Shown here piece by piece: positions 9,035 to 19,438 of a stretch of DNA of 46,731 nt. The stretch lies in the IMG/VR virus record IMGVR_UViG_2529292726_000019. One strand, 5' to 3'. Origin of the DNA: a virus (lineage: Duplodnaviria; Heunggongvirae; Uroviricota; Caudoviricetes). The stretch's first letter is position 1, and each line of letters begins with the position of its first letter. The notes under the pieces are model-generated. The model did no database searches. It saw nothing but the letters and a program-made list of their open reading frames with translations, and was not told the origin of the DNA. Both the position numbers and the translations under genes were made by a program.

Positions 9035-10165
9035 TCACACCGCCACTGGAACCTTGATCCACGGTAGAGGGGCATAGCCAAGAATAAGAATCTCGTCCCA
9101 TTTGAAATCATCCAGCTCAGACCATTCATTAGGGAATATAACGACCGGATCTGAATGCTCTGGAGCCTGTCGTTGCATTAGCTCACACACACCTTCCATG
9201 TGGTTGTTGTACAAATGCACGTCAAAGCCAAAATGCACAAATGCACCGGCCATGTGACCCGTAATCTTCGCGAGAAAATGAGTGAGAATGCCATAGCCAG
9301 CAATATTGAATGGCATACCAACAAAAGTGTCTACGCTACGCTGTACGAGGCAGGAGTTGAGGATGCGTTTGGGGATTCCAAGTTCATCCAGTTCAGTTTC
9401 AGTAACACTGCCGTCCATCTCCAGATCGTATAGCATCTTGGTGTAGATAGACTCATAACCGAGGCGACTGTGTTGAAGACCAATGTCAGTTGCCATCGTT
9501 AAACGGGTTTCAAAATCCAGTTCACGACTCCACAAAGAGAAGACAAAGTGGCAAGGGGGCAGTTTCATATCCTCAAGCTCGCCTACGTTCCATGCGTTAA
9601 GCATGATGCGACGATCGGTAGGGTTCGTGCGCAGTGTATCGACAATACGCTGTAGCTGATCGATTTCACGGGACAGCACTACGCGATCTTCACTGATACC
9701 CAGGTATCCCTCGACTTTGTACCCGCGTTCACGGAAAGTAGCGATCTTGCTCAGATATTCACTATGGCTCACGATGCGGGTATCTTCCCATCGACGCCAC
9801 TGCTTACCGTAAACCGGCCCCAAATCGCCATTCTCATCGGCCCATGCATCCCAAATCTTAACGCCGTTATCCTTGAGAAATTGGATGTTGCCCGTGCCTT
9901 TCAGATACCACTCAAGTTCGACAAGCAGTGGCTTAAGATTTACCGCCTTTCCAGAAATAAGCGGCACAGTCCCACCAGTAAGCATGTAGTAAGAGGGAAC
10001 GTAGCAGGTGCTTAAAGTACCAGTGCCTGTGCGATCATCAGCCTGCACGCCGCTTTTAAGCACCGTCTCAATAACTTTTGCATACGATGCGTTTGTTCCC
10101 TGACCGTTCGTATGCTCACGATTCAAAAGGAGTGACACAAAAACCTCACAAAGATAAGTAACCAC
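9035..10165 (-). CDS. thyA: thymidylate synthase
   Basis: DDRTGTGTLS, LKPLLVELEWYLKG, GDLGPVYGKQWRRW and catalytic-Cys region MKLPPCHFVFSLW. Confidence 0.85.
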   Translation of the reverse strand: MVTYLCEVFVSLLLNREHTNGQGTNASYAKVIETVLKSGVQADDRTGTGTLSTCYVPSYYMLTGGTVPLISGKAVNLKPLLVELEWYLKGTGNIQFLKDNGVKIWDAWADENGDLGPVYGKQWRRWEDTRIVSHSEYLSKIATFRERGYKVEGYLGISEDRVVLSREIDQLQRIVDTLRTNPTDRRIMLNAWNVGELEDMKLPPCHFVFSLWSRELDFETRLTMATDIGLQHSRLGYESIYTKMLYDLEMDGSVTETELDELGIPKRILNSCLVQRSVDTFVGMPFNIAGYGILTHFLAKITGHMAGAFVHFGFDVHLYNNHMEGVCELMQRQAPEHSDPVVIFPNEWSELDDFKWDEILILGYAPLPWIKVPVAV

Positions 10166-10222
10166 TTATTCATTGCGTGAGTTTACATTTATTGAGAGAA
10201 CAAGACCAGACAGATAAAAAAA

Positions 10223-10241
10223 TGGTGGCCATAGGCCACCA
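10223..10241 (-). terminator. hairpin tggtggcc-ata-ggccacca flanked by A/T runs (bidirectional)
   Basis: Perfect 8-bp stem with T-run on the minus strand after the 289-aa gene. Confidence 0.45.
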
Positions 10242-10309
10242 AAAACGAATAGTTGTTTCAGAAATTTAACGCGCCAGCGCAATATACACAGATAGATAAC
10301 TACCTACAA

Positions 10310-11179
10310 TTATTTTTTGATCATTCCGTACATTGCTGAGGCTTTAGCTTGCTCAACAAAGGAGGATAAATCGACATCACTATAGGTTGGAGACTTCAGA
10401 ATCTTTCCATCGGAAATTCGAAAACCGATCATCTTATCGGTGCCATCAGCATGGCGAAATCCCAGGTCAGAAGAGTCGTATTTGCAGTTGGCCACAGCAT
10501 GGCGACGCTCTTCGGCATCTGCAGGCCATAATTTTGTCATGTTGGACCGATGAATTTCGCCAACCAGCTCGACGACATTGATACCGAGAAAATCAGCCAG
10601 TCGATAAGTCATCATGCACGCCACATAGATTTTGTTCATTACACGGCGCAGTTCCTGAATCAGCTCAGAATCCTTAACAGTCTTCTTCTCAAGTTTATCT
10701 GCCAGCTCTTCGAGCATACATGACGCCTCACGAGCTTCCTGAAATGGCATTGCCATATCATCGAAAACAGTGTTACCAGGCACAAAAATTGTCTGCATAA
10801 AGCGATCAATGCTCTGTTCCTGCGTGTAATAAGTCATGCCGGTAGAAATACCACCTTTGATGGCGACCATCGTACCAACACCAACGTATAAAAAGTCGGC
10901 CATTGCATCCAGCAGTTGCTCAATATCCCCATTCATTGCGGCTGGAATACCTTCCACTACAGCTTCTTCATGAATCAGGCTTGCACGGAGACGAAGCAGC
11001 TCTGGTGTCGGCATAACGCGTCTCGGATGCTGGAAGAGTTCATGAAACTGATCGACCATCTTGTAAATACTTTCAGTGGCTACACCATGGCCTTCATGCA
11101 ACTCATATGGTTCTGGCTTAAATCCAATGAGTCGATCGGTGGCAAGTTTCAGGTGGTCAGTCAGTTTGGTAAAGTTCAT
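10310..11179 (-). CDS. hypothetical protein (289 aa), possibly all-alpha NTP pyrophosphohydrolase (MazG-like)
   Basis: Helical protein in the nucleotide-metabolism block; MazG-like assignment is a weak motif impression. Confidence 0.45.
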   Translation of the reverse strand: MNFTKLTDHLKLATDRLIGFKPEPYELHEGHGVATESIYKMVDQFHELFQHPRRVMPTPELLRLRASLIHEEAVVEGIPAAMNGDIEQLLDAMADFLYVGVGTMVAIKGGISTGMTYYTQEQSIDRFMQTIFVPGNTVFDDMAMPFQEAREASCMLEELADKLEKKTVKDSELIQELRRVMNKIYVACMMTYRLADFLGINVVELVGEIHRSNMTKLWPADAEERRHAVANCKYDSSDLGFRHADGTDKMIGFRISDGKILKSPTYSDVDLSSFVEQAKASAMYGMIKK

Positions 11180-11256
11180 GCTAGTTTTGCTCCTTCTTAA
11201 TTCTTGTGATCCATTGTGGCCCAGCGTTGCCAGGCCACATAATGCTTTGTATCGGT

Positions 11257-12399
11257 TTACAGGTCTGCAAACTGGCTTAGAGAAGCCTTATCCACGGTAG
11301 AATCGATCTGACCTACCAGATATGTGCTTTGCTCTGCCTCTTGTGGTGCAATTTGCAGTGTGTCGGTTAACAACCACTTGTTCATCCAGACCAGCGGATC
11401 AGTGGTAACTTCTGGAAATAAAGCCTTCAGGCCAAGACGATTCATAGCCAGATTGGTGCGGTATTTTACATAGGTCTTCAGAATATCCGCGTTTAAACCA
11501 ATCATCGAACCGTCTTTGAAGAGATAGTCTGCCCAGTTCATTTCTTGTTCGGCGACTGATTTCATGGTGTCGCAAATGACGTTTTCTTCATCAGCAGCAA
11601 TCTCTTTCCACAATAAACCTTCGCGACCGGTACGCATGAAGCGGATCATGCGTTCAGTTCCTTCGCAATGCAGAGCTTCATCACGGGCAATAAAGCGCAT
11701 AATTTTGGTGTTACCCTCAAGCAACTTCCGTTCACCAAAGGCAAACGTACATGCAAAACTTACGTAGAAACGGATCGCCTCAAGCGCATTAATGGACACC
11801 AACGTGCGGAAAAGCTGACGATGCAAAGGGTATGGCCCCCAGCCATATTCATTTACGTACAGACGCTCAAATTCCTTCTCACCTAACGACTGGCGCTCGC
11901 AGGTCATCCCATAAAGCCTGTCATATTCAGCAGAGATACTGATCGCTCGGTTGATGATTTCTTCATCCGTAACAATACCGTCAAAAACAATGCTCGGATC
12001 GTCCACCATGCCACGAATAATGTGGGTGTAGCTGCGGCTATGGATAGTCTCAGAGAAAGACCACGTTTCAACCCACGTTTCCAGTTCAGGAATAGAGATA
12101 AGCGGCAGCAGCGTTGCATTTGGACTACGTCCCTGAACTGAATCGAGTAACGTTTGATAACGGAGATTGCTCAGAAAAATGTGACGTTCGTGGTCCCGCA
12201 GCTTCGTGTTGAAGTCGATACGATCGCTCGAAATATCAACTTCTTCCGGCCGCCAGAAGAAAGACAATTGACGTTCAATCAACTTTTCAAAATCACGGTA
12301 TTTTTGCTGATCGTAACGTGCCACGTTGACAGATTGTCCGAGGAACATAGGCTCTTTGGTTGCATCATTAGCACCCAAACGGAACGTTGAATATGACAT
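11257..12399 (-). CDS. nrdB: ribonucleotide reductase class Ia beta subunit
   Basis: FFWRPEEVD, diiron/tyrosyl-radical region and overall length; conserved start region upstream. Confidence 0.9.
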   Translation of the reverse strand: MSYSTFRLGANDATKEPMFLGQSVNVARYDQQKYRDFEKLIERQLSFFWRPEEVDISSDRIDFNTKLRDHERHIFLSNLRYQTLLDSVQGRSPNATLLPLISIPELETWVETWSFSETIHSRSYTHIIRGMVDDPSIVFDGIVTDEEIINRAISISAEYDRLYGMTCERQSLGEKEFERLYVNEYGWGPYPLHRQLFRTLVSINALEAIRFYVSFACTFAFGERKLLEGNTKIMRFIARDEALHCEGTERMIRFMRTGREGLLWKEIAADEENVICDTMKSVAEQEMNWADYLFKDGSMIGLNADILKTYVKYRTNLAMNRLGLKALFPEVTTDPLVWMNKWLLTDTLQIAPQEAEQSTYLVGQIDSTVDKASLSQFADL

Positions 12400-12481
12400 G
12401 TGTTTTTCCTTTTTCTTTTTTGGTGCGTTTAAACAAGTTGTTATCTTATGTGTTTAAACAAGGCTTACAAATCAAAGAGAA

Positions 12482-12500
12482 GGTGGGGATATCCCCCACC
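12482..12500 (-). terminator. hairpin ggtggggatatcccccacc downstream of nrdA
   Basis: Perfect stem followed by a T-rich run on the minus strand. Confidence 0.45.
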
Positions 12501-12505
12501 ATATG

Positions 12506-14821
12506 TCAGATTTTGCAGGCTCCGTCGCACTCATCTTCTGGCTCGACGGCTACAGCTTGCGCCAATGGATTCTGCGGTTCGTCGTCATCACGCTTTCCTG
12601 CACCATCTCTGGTGTTGTGGTAGTAAAGCGTTTTAACTCCCATCTTGTAGGCGAGAAGCAAATCTGACAGTAGCGTCATCATTGGGACTTTATCGCCTTC
12701 AAAGCGAGAAGGGTCATAGTTGGTATTGGCTGAAATAGCCTGGTCAAAGAACTTCTGGATGATCGCCACCTTTGTCAGATAGCCGCGGTTGTCCGGCATA
12801 TCCCACAGGTATTCATACTGTTCCTTCAGTTTTTCAAACTCAGGCACGACCATCTTAACGATGCCGTCCTTAGAAGATTTCACCGACACCGGGCCACGAG
12901 GCGGTTCGATGCCGTTGGTGGAATTAGTGATCTGGCTGGAAGTCTCGCATGGCATTTGTGCCGTCAGTGTGGAGTTGCGAAGGCCGTATTTTGCAATACG
13001 TTCACGCAGTTCTTCCCACGGCATCTTTAACTCAAAGTTGGTTTCGCCACTTTCGTCTAATGAAGAACGGTAATGGTCGATCGGCAACTGACCAATTGCG
13101 TACTTGGTCTGCTCAAACCAGTCACACTCACCTTTTGCTTCAGCAAGTCGGCAGCTGGCATCAAGAAGGTAATACTGGATAGCTTCGAATGTTTCATGCA
13201 CCAGTTTATTGCCAGCGGTATCAGAATAACGAACGCCATTCTTTGCCAGGTAATAAGCAAAGTTGGTTACACCAATTCCCAAGCTACGACGAGCTTTGGC
13301 AGGCACTTCGGCTGCCTCCATCGGATAGTCTTGATAATCCAGTAACGAATCCAGTGCAGCAACGGCATAGAACGCCACCTCTTTAAGAGACTCCAGTGAA
13401 CGGATGGCTCCGAGGTTAAAAGCGGATAAAGTGCATAGCGCGATCTCACCGTTCGGGTCGTCGGTAAATGCCAGTGGACGGGTGGGTAGGGTGATCTCCA
13501 TACACAGGTTTGACTGGCGGACAGGTGCAAGAGCAGGAATGAAAGCGCCATGCTCATTAATATGATCGACGTTCGCAATATAAATTCGGCCCGTGGACGC
13601 TCGTTCCTGCATCAGAGATGAGAACAGCTCAATGGCAGGTACTGACTTCTTGCGAATTGAATCATCGGCTTCGTATTTATGGTACAGCTTTTCAAACAGC
13701 TCCTGGTCTGTGAAGAAGGCTTCGTACATATCAGGCACATCATGCGGGCTGAACAGAGTGATGTTCTCGCTTCTGACGAGTCGACGGTACATTAGACGGT
13801 TACTCATGACGCCGTAATCAAGATGGCGAACGCGGTTTTCATCAATACCACGGTTATTTTTCACCACCAGCAGACTTTCAACTTCAAGATGCCAGATCGG
13901 GTAAAACGCTGTTGCTGCGCCACCACGAACACCACCTTGCGAACAAGATTTAACAGCCGTCTGGAAATGCTTCAGGAATGGAATAACTCCGGTATGGGTG
14001 GCTTCACCATTGCGGATCTCGCTGCCCAGCGCACGGATACGGCCAAAACCAATACCAATTCCAGCACGACGTGAAACGTAGTCGATAATTGCGGCTGAAG
14101 CTGCACTAATCCCTTTCAGACTATCGCCAGACTCAATCAGCACACAACTGGAGAACTGACGGGTTGGAGTACGGACGCCGGCCATGATTGGTGTGGGCAG
14201 AGACAGTTTGAACGTACTTGTAACGTCATAGAAACCTTTGACCATCTCCATACGTGTTTTGCCAGCGCAGTCGTCTTCCCAATTCTGGAACAGACACATG
14301 CCTACCAGCATATAGATATGTTGCGGCCCCTCATGAATCTCACCAGTAACACGGTTTTGAACGAGGTATTTGCTTTGCAACTGCACCGTAGCTGCATAGC
14401 CAAAAAGATCGTCACGTTTCGGCTTAATGTAATTGCCGAGTTCTTCGATCTCTTCAAACGAATAATGAGTCAGCAAATCCTTGTCATAAACGCCCTTGTT
14501 AACGTTCTTGACAATGTGTTGGTAGAAGTTCGGATAGTCGTAACGACCGAAGGCATCTTTGCGGATTTTAAAAATGTTCAGGCGGGCAGCCACCTGTGAG
14601 TAATTTGGTGCTTCTGGTGAGATCAAATCAGCGGCAGATTTAACCAAAGCCTCATGCAACTGGCTGGTGGTCATCCCATCAAAAATGCTGGCCGCAGCTC
14701 CCATTGCTACAGCGGATGCGCTTACACCACGAATGCCTTCTACGCCATACATTACGACGCGGTTGTATTTTTCTTCGGATAACGGCTCTGTTTGGCCGTT
14801 ACGTTTTACGATGCTTATCAT
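12506..14821 (-). CDS. nrdA: ribonucleotide reductase class Ia alpha subunit
   Basis: 771 aa with ATP-cone N-terminus and catalytic-site region (NLCMEI, C-terminal redox Cys pair CDGACKI). Confidence 0.9.
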   Translation of the reverse strand: MISIVKRNGQTEPLSEEKYNRVVMYGVEGIRGVSASAVAMGAAASIFDGMTTSQLHEALVKSAADLISPEAPNYSQVAARLNIFKIRKDAFGRYDYPNFYQHIVKNVNKGVYDKDLLTHYSFEEIEELGNYIKPKRDDLFGYAATVQLQSKYLVQNRVTGEIHEGPQHIYMLVGMCLFQNWEDDCAGKTRMEMVKGFYDVTSTFKLSLPTPIMAGVRTPTRQFSSCVLIESGDSLKGISAASAAIIDYVSRRAGIGIGFGRIRALGSEIRNGEATHTGVIPFLKHFQTAVKSCSQGGVRGGAATAFYPIWHLEVESLLVVKNNRGIDENRVRHLDYGVMSNRLMYRRLVRSENITLFSPHDVPDMYEAFFTDQELFEKLYHKYEADDSIRKKSVPAIELFSSLMQERASTGRIYIANVDHINEHGAFIPALAPVRQSNLCMEITLPTRPLAFTDDPNGEIALCTLSAFNLGAIRSLESLKEVAFYAVAALDSLLDYQDYPMEAAEVPAKARRSLGIGVTNFAYYLAKNGVRYSDTAGNKLVHETFEAIQYYLLDASCRLAEAKGECDWFEQTKYAIGQLPIDHYRSSLDESGETNFELKMPWEELRERIAKYGLRNSTLTAQMPCETSSQITNSTNGIEPPRGPVSVKSSKDGIVKMVVPEFEKLKEQYEYLWDMPDNRGYLTKVAIIQKFFDQAISANTNYDPSRFEGDKVPMMTLLSDLLLAYKMGVKTLYYHNTRDGAGKRDDDEPQNPLAQAVAVEPEDECDGACKI

Positions 14822-14838
14822 GTATCACCAAATAAAGA

Positions 14839-14860
14839 GGGCCACTAAATATAGTGGCCC
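14839..14860 (-). terminator. perfect hairpin gggccact-aaatat-agtggccc, 18 nt upstream of the nrdA start codon
   Basis: 8-bp GC-rich stem followed by a T-rich run on the minus strand. Could equally be a 5'-UTR regulatory structure for nrdA. Confidence 0.4.
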
Positions 14861-14894
14861 ATGTTAATAGATAAGCACTTACCTATCAATGAAA

Positions 14895-15464
14895 TCAAAT
14901 GAGAGACTTAAGAACATCGCGCACCTGGCGGAACTGATCTGTTTGCATACCGGTATGGATGGCAGCCACCGCATCAGCCAAATGTTCGTTTTTGTTCACG
15001 AGAACATCCTGTCCAGATTGCTTACGACGCAGCCACGGTGCTTTAGGGTGTTTTTTCGTAGCCCACTGGATAATCTCTTCTTTCGATGTAGTAAGTTTAT
15101 TGCCGACAAAATGCTTGATTTCGTTTGGAGTAACCTGGATCAATGGCTTATCCACACACGCAAGTACACCGATACAAATACCGTAAGACGTCTGCGAACG
15201 AGAGTTTTGGCTCCCAACCGGTAGCTCACAAAAAACCATATTTGCCTTATCAATGATTGGCTTCGCAACACGCCATATTTCACTGGCTCGGCGCAGATCG
15301 TCACTGTTCACACGAACGGTCTTTTTGTTACTCCCCGCTTTAGTCTCAACAAGAGTAAGGCCGTGAATCTCAAGTTCGTCCGTCTCAAGGTCTAAAGTGC
15401 CCACAGCAAGCCCAAAGTTGCTCATTGAGGGATCAACACCAACTACGCTGATTTTTTTACTCAT
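14895..15464 (-). CDS. putative RuvC-like Holliday junction resolvase
   Basis: N-terminal VGVDPSMSNFGLAV, ELPVG and C-terminal NEHLADAVAAIH resemble RuvC catalytic motifs. Confidence 0.5.
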   Translation of the reverse strand: MSKKISVVGVDPSMSNFGLAVGTLDLETDELEIHGLTLVETKAGSNKKTVRVNSDDLRRASEIWRVAKPIIDKANMVFCELPVGSQNSRSQTSYGICIGVLACVDKPLIQVTPNEIKHFVGNKLTTSKEEIIQWATKKHPKAPWLRRKQSGQDVLVNKNEHLADAVAAIHTGMQTDQFRQVRDVLKSLI

Positions 15465-15473
15465 ATAGTCTCC

Positions 15474-16217
15474 TTACCATGTTCCCCATATAGGGTTTTC
15501 CAATAATCTCGCCTCCAACGAATTGGCTACTATTGCCGTTTGCAACGTTGGTTGGGGATAGTTTGCAAAGTCTGAATACTCATTTTCCTGCGTGACACGT
15601 TTATCTGCGGCATGTTTAACACCACTTGCTATGAAATGACGCATGATGCCCAACAGCCTCCGACTGTCTGCACTATCGTTTGCTAAAACATGAGGGAGCT
15701 GAAGTTCGATTTCTACCATTTCTCCATACTTACCAACAAACTGTAGTTTGTCCGCACTGTACTTTTTATCCCTCCTTTGGATAAGGAAACCAGTAAAAGC
15801 ATCACCTGGCGATGCCAAACTATCCACCCGCTTATTGGCAAGTCGAATAAGGTTCGTGAAAGCCATACAGTGATGCGCACCCATTCCCCCAAAGAACCCT
15901 TCGCTATTAATGTTAAGATCTTCAGTTTCATGGGATGCAATAAACCCAGGCCCGACGTTGGGAAGATATCCCCCCTCAACAAAAGGATTAATCAGGATCG
16001 GCGCAATACATCCAGGTGGTAGTGATTTCAAACTTTGCATCAATGGCGTCTCGGATATTAGACCAAGCAACGCGGCGAATTGTACTCCGTCAATATTGTT
16101 GCTGCCCCACAGAATACGTGGAGCCGCACCATTGGAAGTATGCCCATTGATCAGTTTTATCGACTGCATCACTGCAAATACCTGCAAAAACTGCGAGCGG
16201 CTTAATTTAAACGACAT
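15474..16217 (-). CDS. hypothetical protein (247 aa)
   Basis: ORF between the RuvC-like gene and sbcC; no motif recognised. Confidence 0.5.
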   Translation of the reverse strand: MSFKLSRSQFLQVFAVMQSIKLINGHTSNGAAPRILWGSNNIDGVQFAALLGLISETPLMQSLKSLPPGCIAPILINPFVEGGYLPNVGPGFIASHETEDLNINSEGFFGGMGAHHCMAFTNLIRLANKRVDSLASPGDAFTGFLIQRRDKKYSADKLQFVGKYGEMVEIELQLPHVLANDSADSRRLLGIMRHFIASGVKHAADKRVTQENEYSDFANYPQPTLQTAIVANSLEARLLENPIWGTW

Positions 16218-18123
16218 AGCTGCGCCCCTCTTTAACTTCCAGCGTAATAGTTTCCCGGAACCATGACTTCATCTCTTTATGGGAGATAATCAGCACAGTA
16301 CCTCGCTCGCGAGCTTTGGACTCCAGAATACCCATGAGGCGTTCAAGACCGGCTGTATCGAGTGCATCGTCAATTTCGTCGCCGATAAACAAATCGATGT
16401 TTTTACTCGCCCGGTTACTAACCAGATCCTGCAATGCCAAAGAACACGCAATGCGAACCTTCCGCTTCTCACCACCAGAGAGGGTCTGGAACGACTTACT
16501 TGAACCTTTCTTCTGCACACTAATGTTGAATTTGTCGCGATACTCACCTTTTTTAGTGACATCCATCGTCGACCACTCAGCAGTAATATTCCCGTCAGAC
16601 AACGTATTGAGATACTCGGCAGTGCGTGTATTCAGGAAAGGCGTAACAGACGTCAAAATATGAGAACGCACCCCGGCAGGAGAGTAGACCTGACGAGCTT
16701 TTTCCAATAGCAACGTTTGTTCCTGAATAGCCTTCAACTCATCTTTTAAGGACTTGAAGGTAGACTTACTGGATACCAGGTTATCTTCGTGTCTGGCGAT
16801 AAGAGCAATAAACGGATTAATCTCTTTTGATATACGATCGACCTCAGTACGAGCACGAGTCACAAGAGACTCAATAGCAACAACCTCCTTCTCACGATGA
16901 CGCAAAGATGAGAGTTGTTTCGTAAGCTCTTCAATCCGGGCAATGATAGCCGTTACATCAGGTGTCGTTTTAACAAGGGCAGACTCAATGCTTAACGCTT
17001 TCTCAAGATTCGTTTTGTGTTTAGCCATTGCCTCTGCAAGTGTCTTCGCCTGACCAATTTCCTGACGTGCTTGTTCAATGAAATTCTCCTTCACCGTTGA
17101 TAGATCTTCTTCGCAGTAGGCTTTGCCACAAGTAGGGCATGGTGATCCCACTTTAGTACCAACCTCTTCTGCTTTGGTCTTAAAATTACGCGCGCGGCTC
17201 ATTGCATCAGCCTGACTATTTTCTGTAGCTTTGATGCTTGCCCGAATATCAGTTATCGCACCACGAACTTTGAGCAACTTGGCGTCATGTTCTTCTTTTG
17301 AGGCTAACTTTTTGCGCTCACTTTCGATTGCCTTCTCGGTATCACGGATCTGTTCGGGAAGAGTGCGGATCTCAAGTTCAACTTCCGTTAACTCAACTTC
17401 GGCACTGGCCAGCCCAGCCAGGGCATCGTCATAACGTTTAGAACGCTCTTGCTCCCATGATTCAGAGGAGGCTTTCGCTGACTCAATTTCTGACTGTGTT
17501 GCCTCAATGGTCGAGATTGTCGACTCCAATTTGGTTTTAACCACATCCATACGTGCGGCAGCTGCATTAGCTCGCTCACGAGCAATAGCGTAGGCGCGTG
17601 TCAGTCTGTCAACGCCAGCGGCTTCTTCTACGATGGTTTTGAGGTTTTTGTCGGACATTCCAGGTAAATCTGGCATAGCTTCTTGGCTCGCATAGATGGA
17701 AGCCATGAAAACCTCTTTAGATGCACCGATCAGACGCTCGACGAACTCTTGCGTCAGCGCATCTTTGCCTTTCGTCATATCGCCGTCTTCACCACGAACG
17801 ATAAGCCGATTTTTGAACTCTTTGTGTTTACGGTGACGAATGATCGCATATCTCTTGCCTTCATCCTCGATGGTTACTGCAACACGACAGTTCTTTTCAT
17901 GGTCGGTAGACAACACATCGTCACCCTTCACACCATGAGCTGTTTCGCCATAAAGACACCACATCAGGCTATTCATTAGCGTTGACTTTCCAGAGCCATT
18001 ACTTGATGCGGAACTATCATCACTATTAACACCCTGAATGAGCACTAAACCACGCTGATCTAACTCGACCTCCGCGCTGGCGATAGCCATAAAATTCTCA
18101 ACCTGGAGCTTTAAAAACTTCAT
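16207..18123 (-). CDS. sbcC: SbcC/Rad50-like ATPase
   Basis: Walker A GSGKST, long coiled-coil centre with CPTCG zinc hook, signature LSGGEKRK and Walker B IGDEIDD. Confidence 0.8.
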   Translation of the reverse strand: MKFLKLQVENFMAIASAEVELDQRGLVLIQGVNSDDSSASSNGSGKSTLMNSLMWCLYGETAHGVKGDDVLSTDHEKNCRVAVTIEDEGKRYAIIRHRKHKEFKNRLIVRGEDGDMTKGKDALTQEFVERLIGASKEVFMASIYASQEAMPDLPGMSDKNLKTIVEEAAGVDRLTRAYAIARERANAAAARMDVVKTKLESTISTIEATQSEIESAKASSESWEQERSKRYDDALAGLASAEVELTEVELEIRTLPEQIRDTEKAIESERKKLASKEEHDAKLLKVRGAITDIRASIKATENSQADAMSRARNFKTKAEEVGTKVGSPCPTCGKAYCEEDLSTVKENFIEQARQEIGQAKTLAEAMAKHKTNLEKALSIESALVKTTPDVTAIIARIEELTKQLSSLRHREKEVVAIESLVTRARTEVDRISKEINPFIALIARHEDNLVSSKSTFKSLKDELKAIQEQTLLLEKARQVYSPAGVRSHILTSVTPFLNTRTAEYLNTLSDGNITAEWSTMDVTKKGEYRDKFNISVQKKGSSKSFQTLSGGEKRKVRIACSLALQDLVSNRASKNIDLFIGDEIDDALDTAGLERLMGILESKARERGTVLIISHKEMKSWFRETITLEVKEGRSYVV

Positions 18124-18352
18124 ATAACACCTTTGATACCGTGTGTTAGCTTTTGACCTTCTTTCAATCTGAACTCCGTATGCGCCGGGAAGGATCTGCG
18201 CCTCAATACGCCTTTTCTGGTTAACCTTCCAAGATAAAACGCTACGGGATTTCCTTGTGGCGGGTAGGGCTTGTGAAACATCACCGTCTGGCCTCGTTCA
18301 AGTCTTTTCATCGTGATGGCAAAGTCTCGAAAGCTCCCATAACGACTTTGCC

Positions 18353-19438
18353 TCACACAGCCTCCGAACTCTCCGCTTCGGTGAGGATTTCCTGACACAA
18401 AATATCCAACTTGCTCAGATCAAATCCGCCGTCAGTATCGTGGACAATCTTGCAATAAGCAGATACCGACTCTCCCAGGCTATCGATTTTGCTGGTTTCC
18501 GTTGTGCTTGCTGTCCCTTCCATCATTGATGACTTACGGATGAAGTTGCACACGACACCTTTTGCACCCATTGTTTTGAGGATGTTCTGGTACTTAATGC
18601 CTTCTTCATCGTTCTCAATTACGGCGCGGAAACGCACGTAGTTGCCGCGAATTTGGTCATCGGCAACATAATCTTCCAGGTTAATGAATTTAGGCGCACT
18701 GGTTTCGTAGTGACTGAAACTGCCGTCCGGGTTTACGATCATGTAACCAGCCAGAGATCCAACATCTCCCCAATTTTGATGGGTCAGCGCACCGACACTG
18801 ATAACTCCAGGAATGACCTCTTTGTGGTTGTGGTAATGCCCACTAAGCACGAGACGAAAGCCGATATCCTTTAACTCCTGCGCATCGATACCGACGTCAG
18901 GCATTGTTGGAATGGCTTTGTTAATGGATGTATGGATAACAACGTCATGATTATCACCTTCTACGCTCTTACGTAATGCTTTCAGATCGCTGATAAGCTC
19001 TGCATGATTGTTACGCCAGCTAATCAGGTGGACAGTCACATCACCAATTTTTATTGAGTGTGGGCGTTTGCCACATACGATTACCACGCCGATAGAACTC
19101 AGCGATGCTGCTGCGTTGGCGCTATATACTGAATCGTTGGTTTCAAGATCGTGATTACCGGCCAGCATTACTACTGTCAGATCAAGCTCGTTGATAATCC
19201 ACTTGTACGTTTCAGTTACGTAATGCAAAACAGAAGGGGACACAGTTCCTCGGACGTGAAATGTATCACCGGCAACCAACATGTACTTACAACCGGCCTT
19301 CTTCATGGCGATGGCTGCTTCTTTCGTTGCTTCCAACTGTATTTCAAGTCTGGAGTTAAGCCCCTCTGCGTTCGTCGTGGAGAACGCATCCCATTTGTGG
19401 TAGTGGCAGTCAGAAATGACGCCGTATGGCAAAGTCAT
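18353..19438 (-). CDS. sbcD: SbcD/Mre11-like nuclease
   Basis: Calcineurin-like phosphoesterase motifs GDTFH, GNHD, GHYH; conserved start region upstream. Confidence 0.8.
   Translation of the reverse strand: MTLPYGVISDCHYHKWDAFSTTNAEGLNSRLEIQLEATKEAAIAMKKAGCKYMLVAGDTFHVRGTVSPSVLHYVTETYKWIINELDLTVVMLAGNHDLETNDSVYSANAAASLSSIGVVIVCGKRPHSIKIGDVTVHLISWRNNHAELISDLKALRKSVEGDNHDVVIHTSINKAIPTMPDVGIDAQELKDIGFRLVLSGHYHNHKEVIPGVISVGALTHQNWGDVGSLAGYMIVNPDGSFSHYETSAPKFINLEDYVADDQIRGNYVRFRAVIENDEEGIKYQNILKTMGAKGVVCNFIRKSSMMEGTASTTETSKIDSLGESVSAYCKIVHDTDGGFDLSKLDILCQEILTEAESSEAV

Noticed and set aside
8620-9129. HAD-family phosphatase call for the ORF downstream of thyA
   Set aside because: The expected DxDG nucleophile motif is replaced by EIEGV and the longest ORF overlaps thyA by 95 nt. 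It is kept only as a low-confidence hypothetical with a shortened start.
18120-18398. 92-aa basic ORF between sbcD and sbcC as a confident gene
   Set aside because: It overlaps both neighbours and has an odd composition. It is kept as a finding but not annotated as a CDS.
7503-19438. Assignment of the window to a T5-like phage based on the dnk, DHFR, thymidylate synthase, nrdAB and sbcCD block
   Set aside because: The window also carries a DnaE-type polymerase, a RecA-like recombinase, a gp32-like SSB, an iteron replicon and a tyrosine recombinase, which do not fit T5. The content fits a phage-plasmid better, but that assignment is inference.
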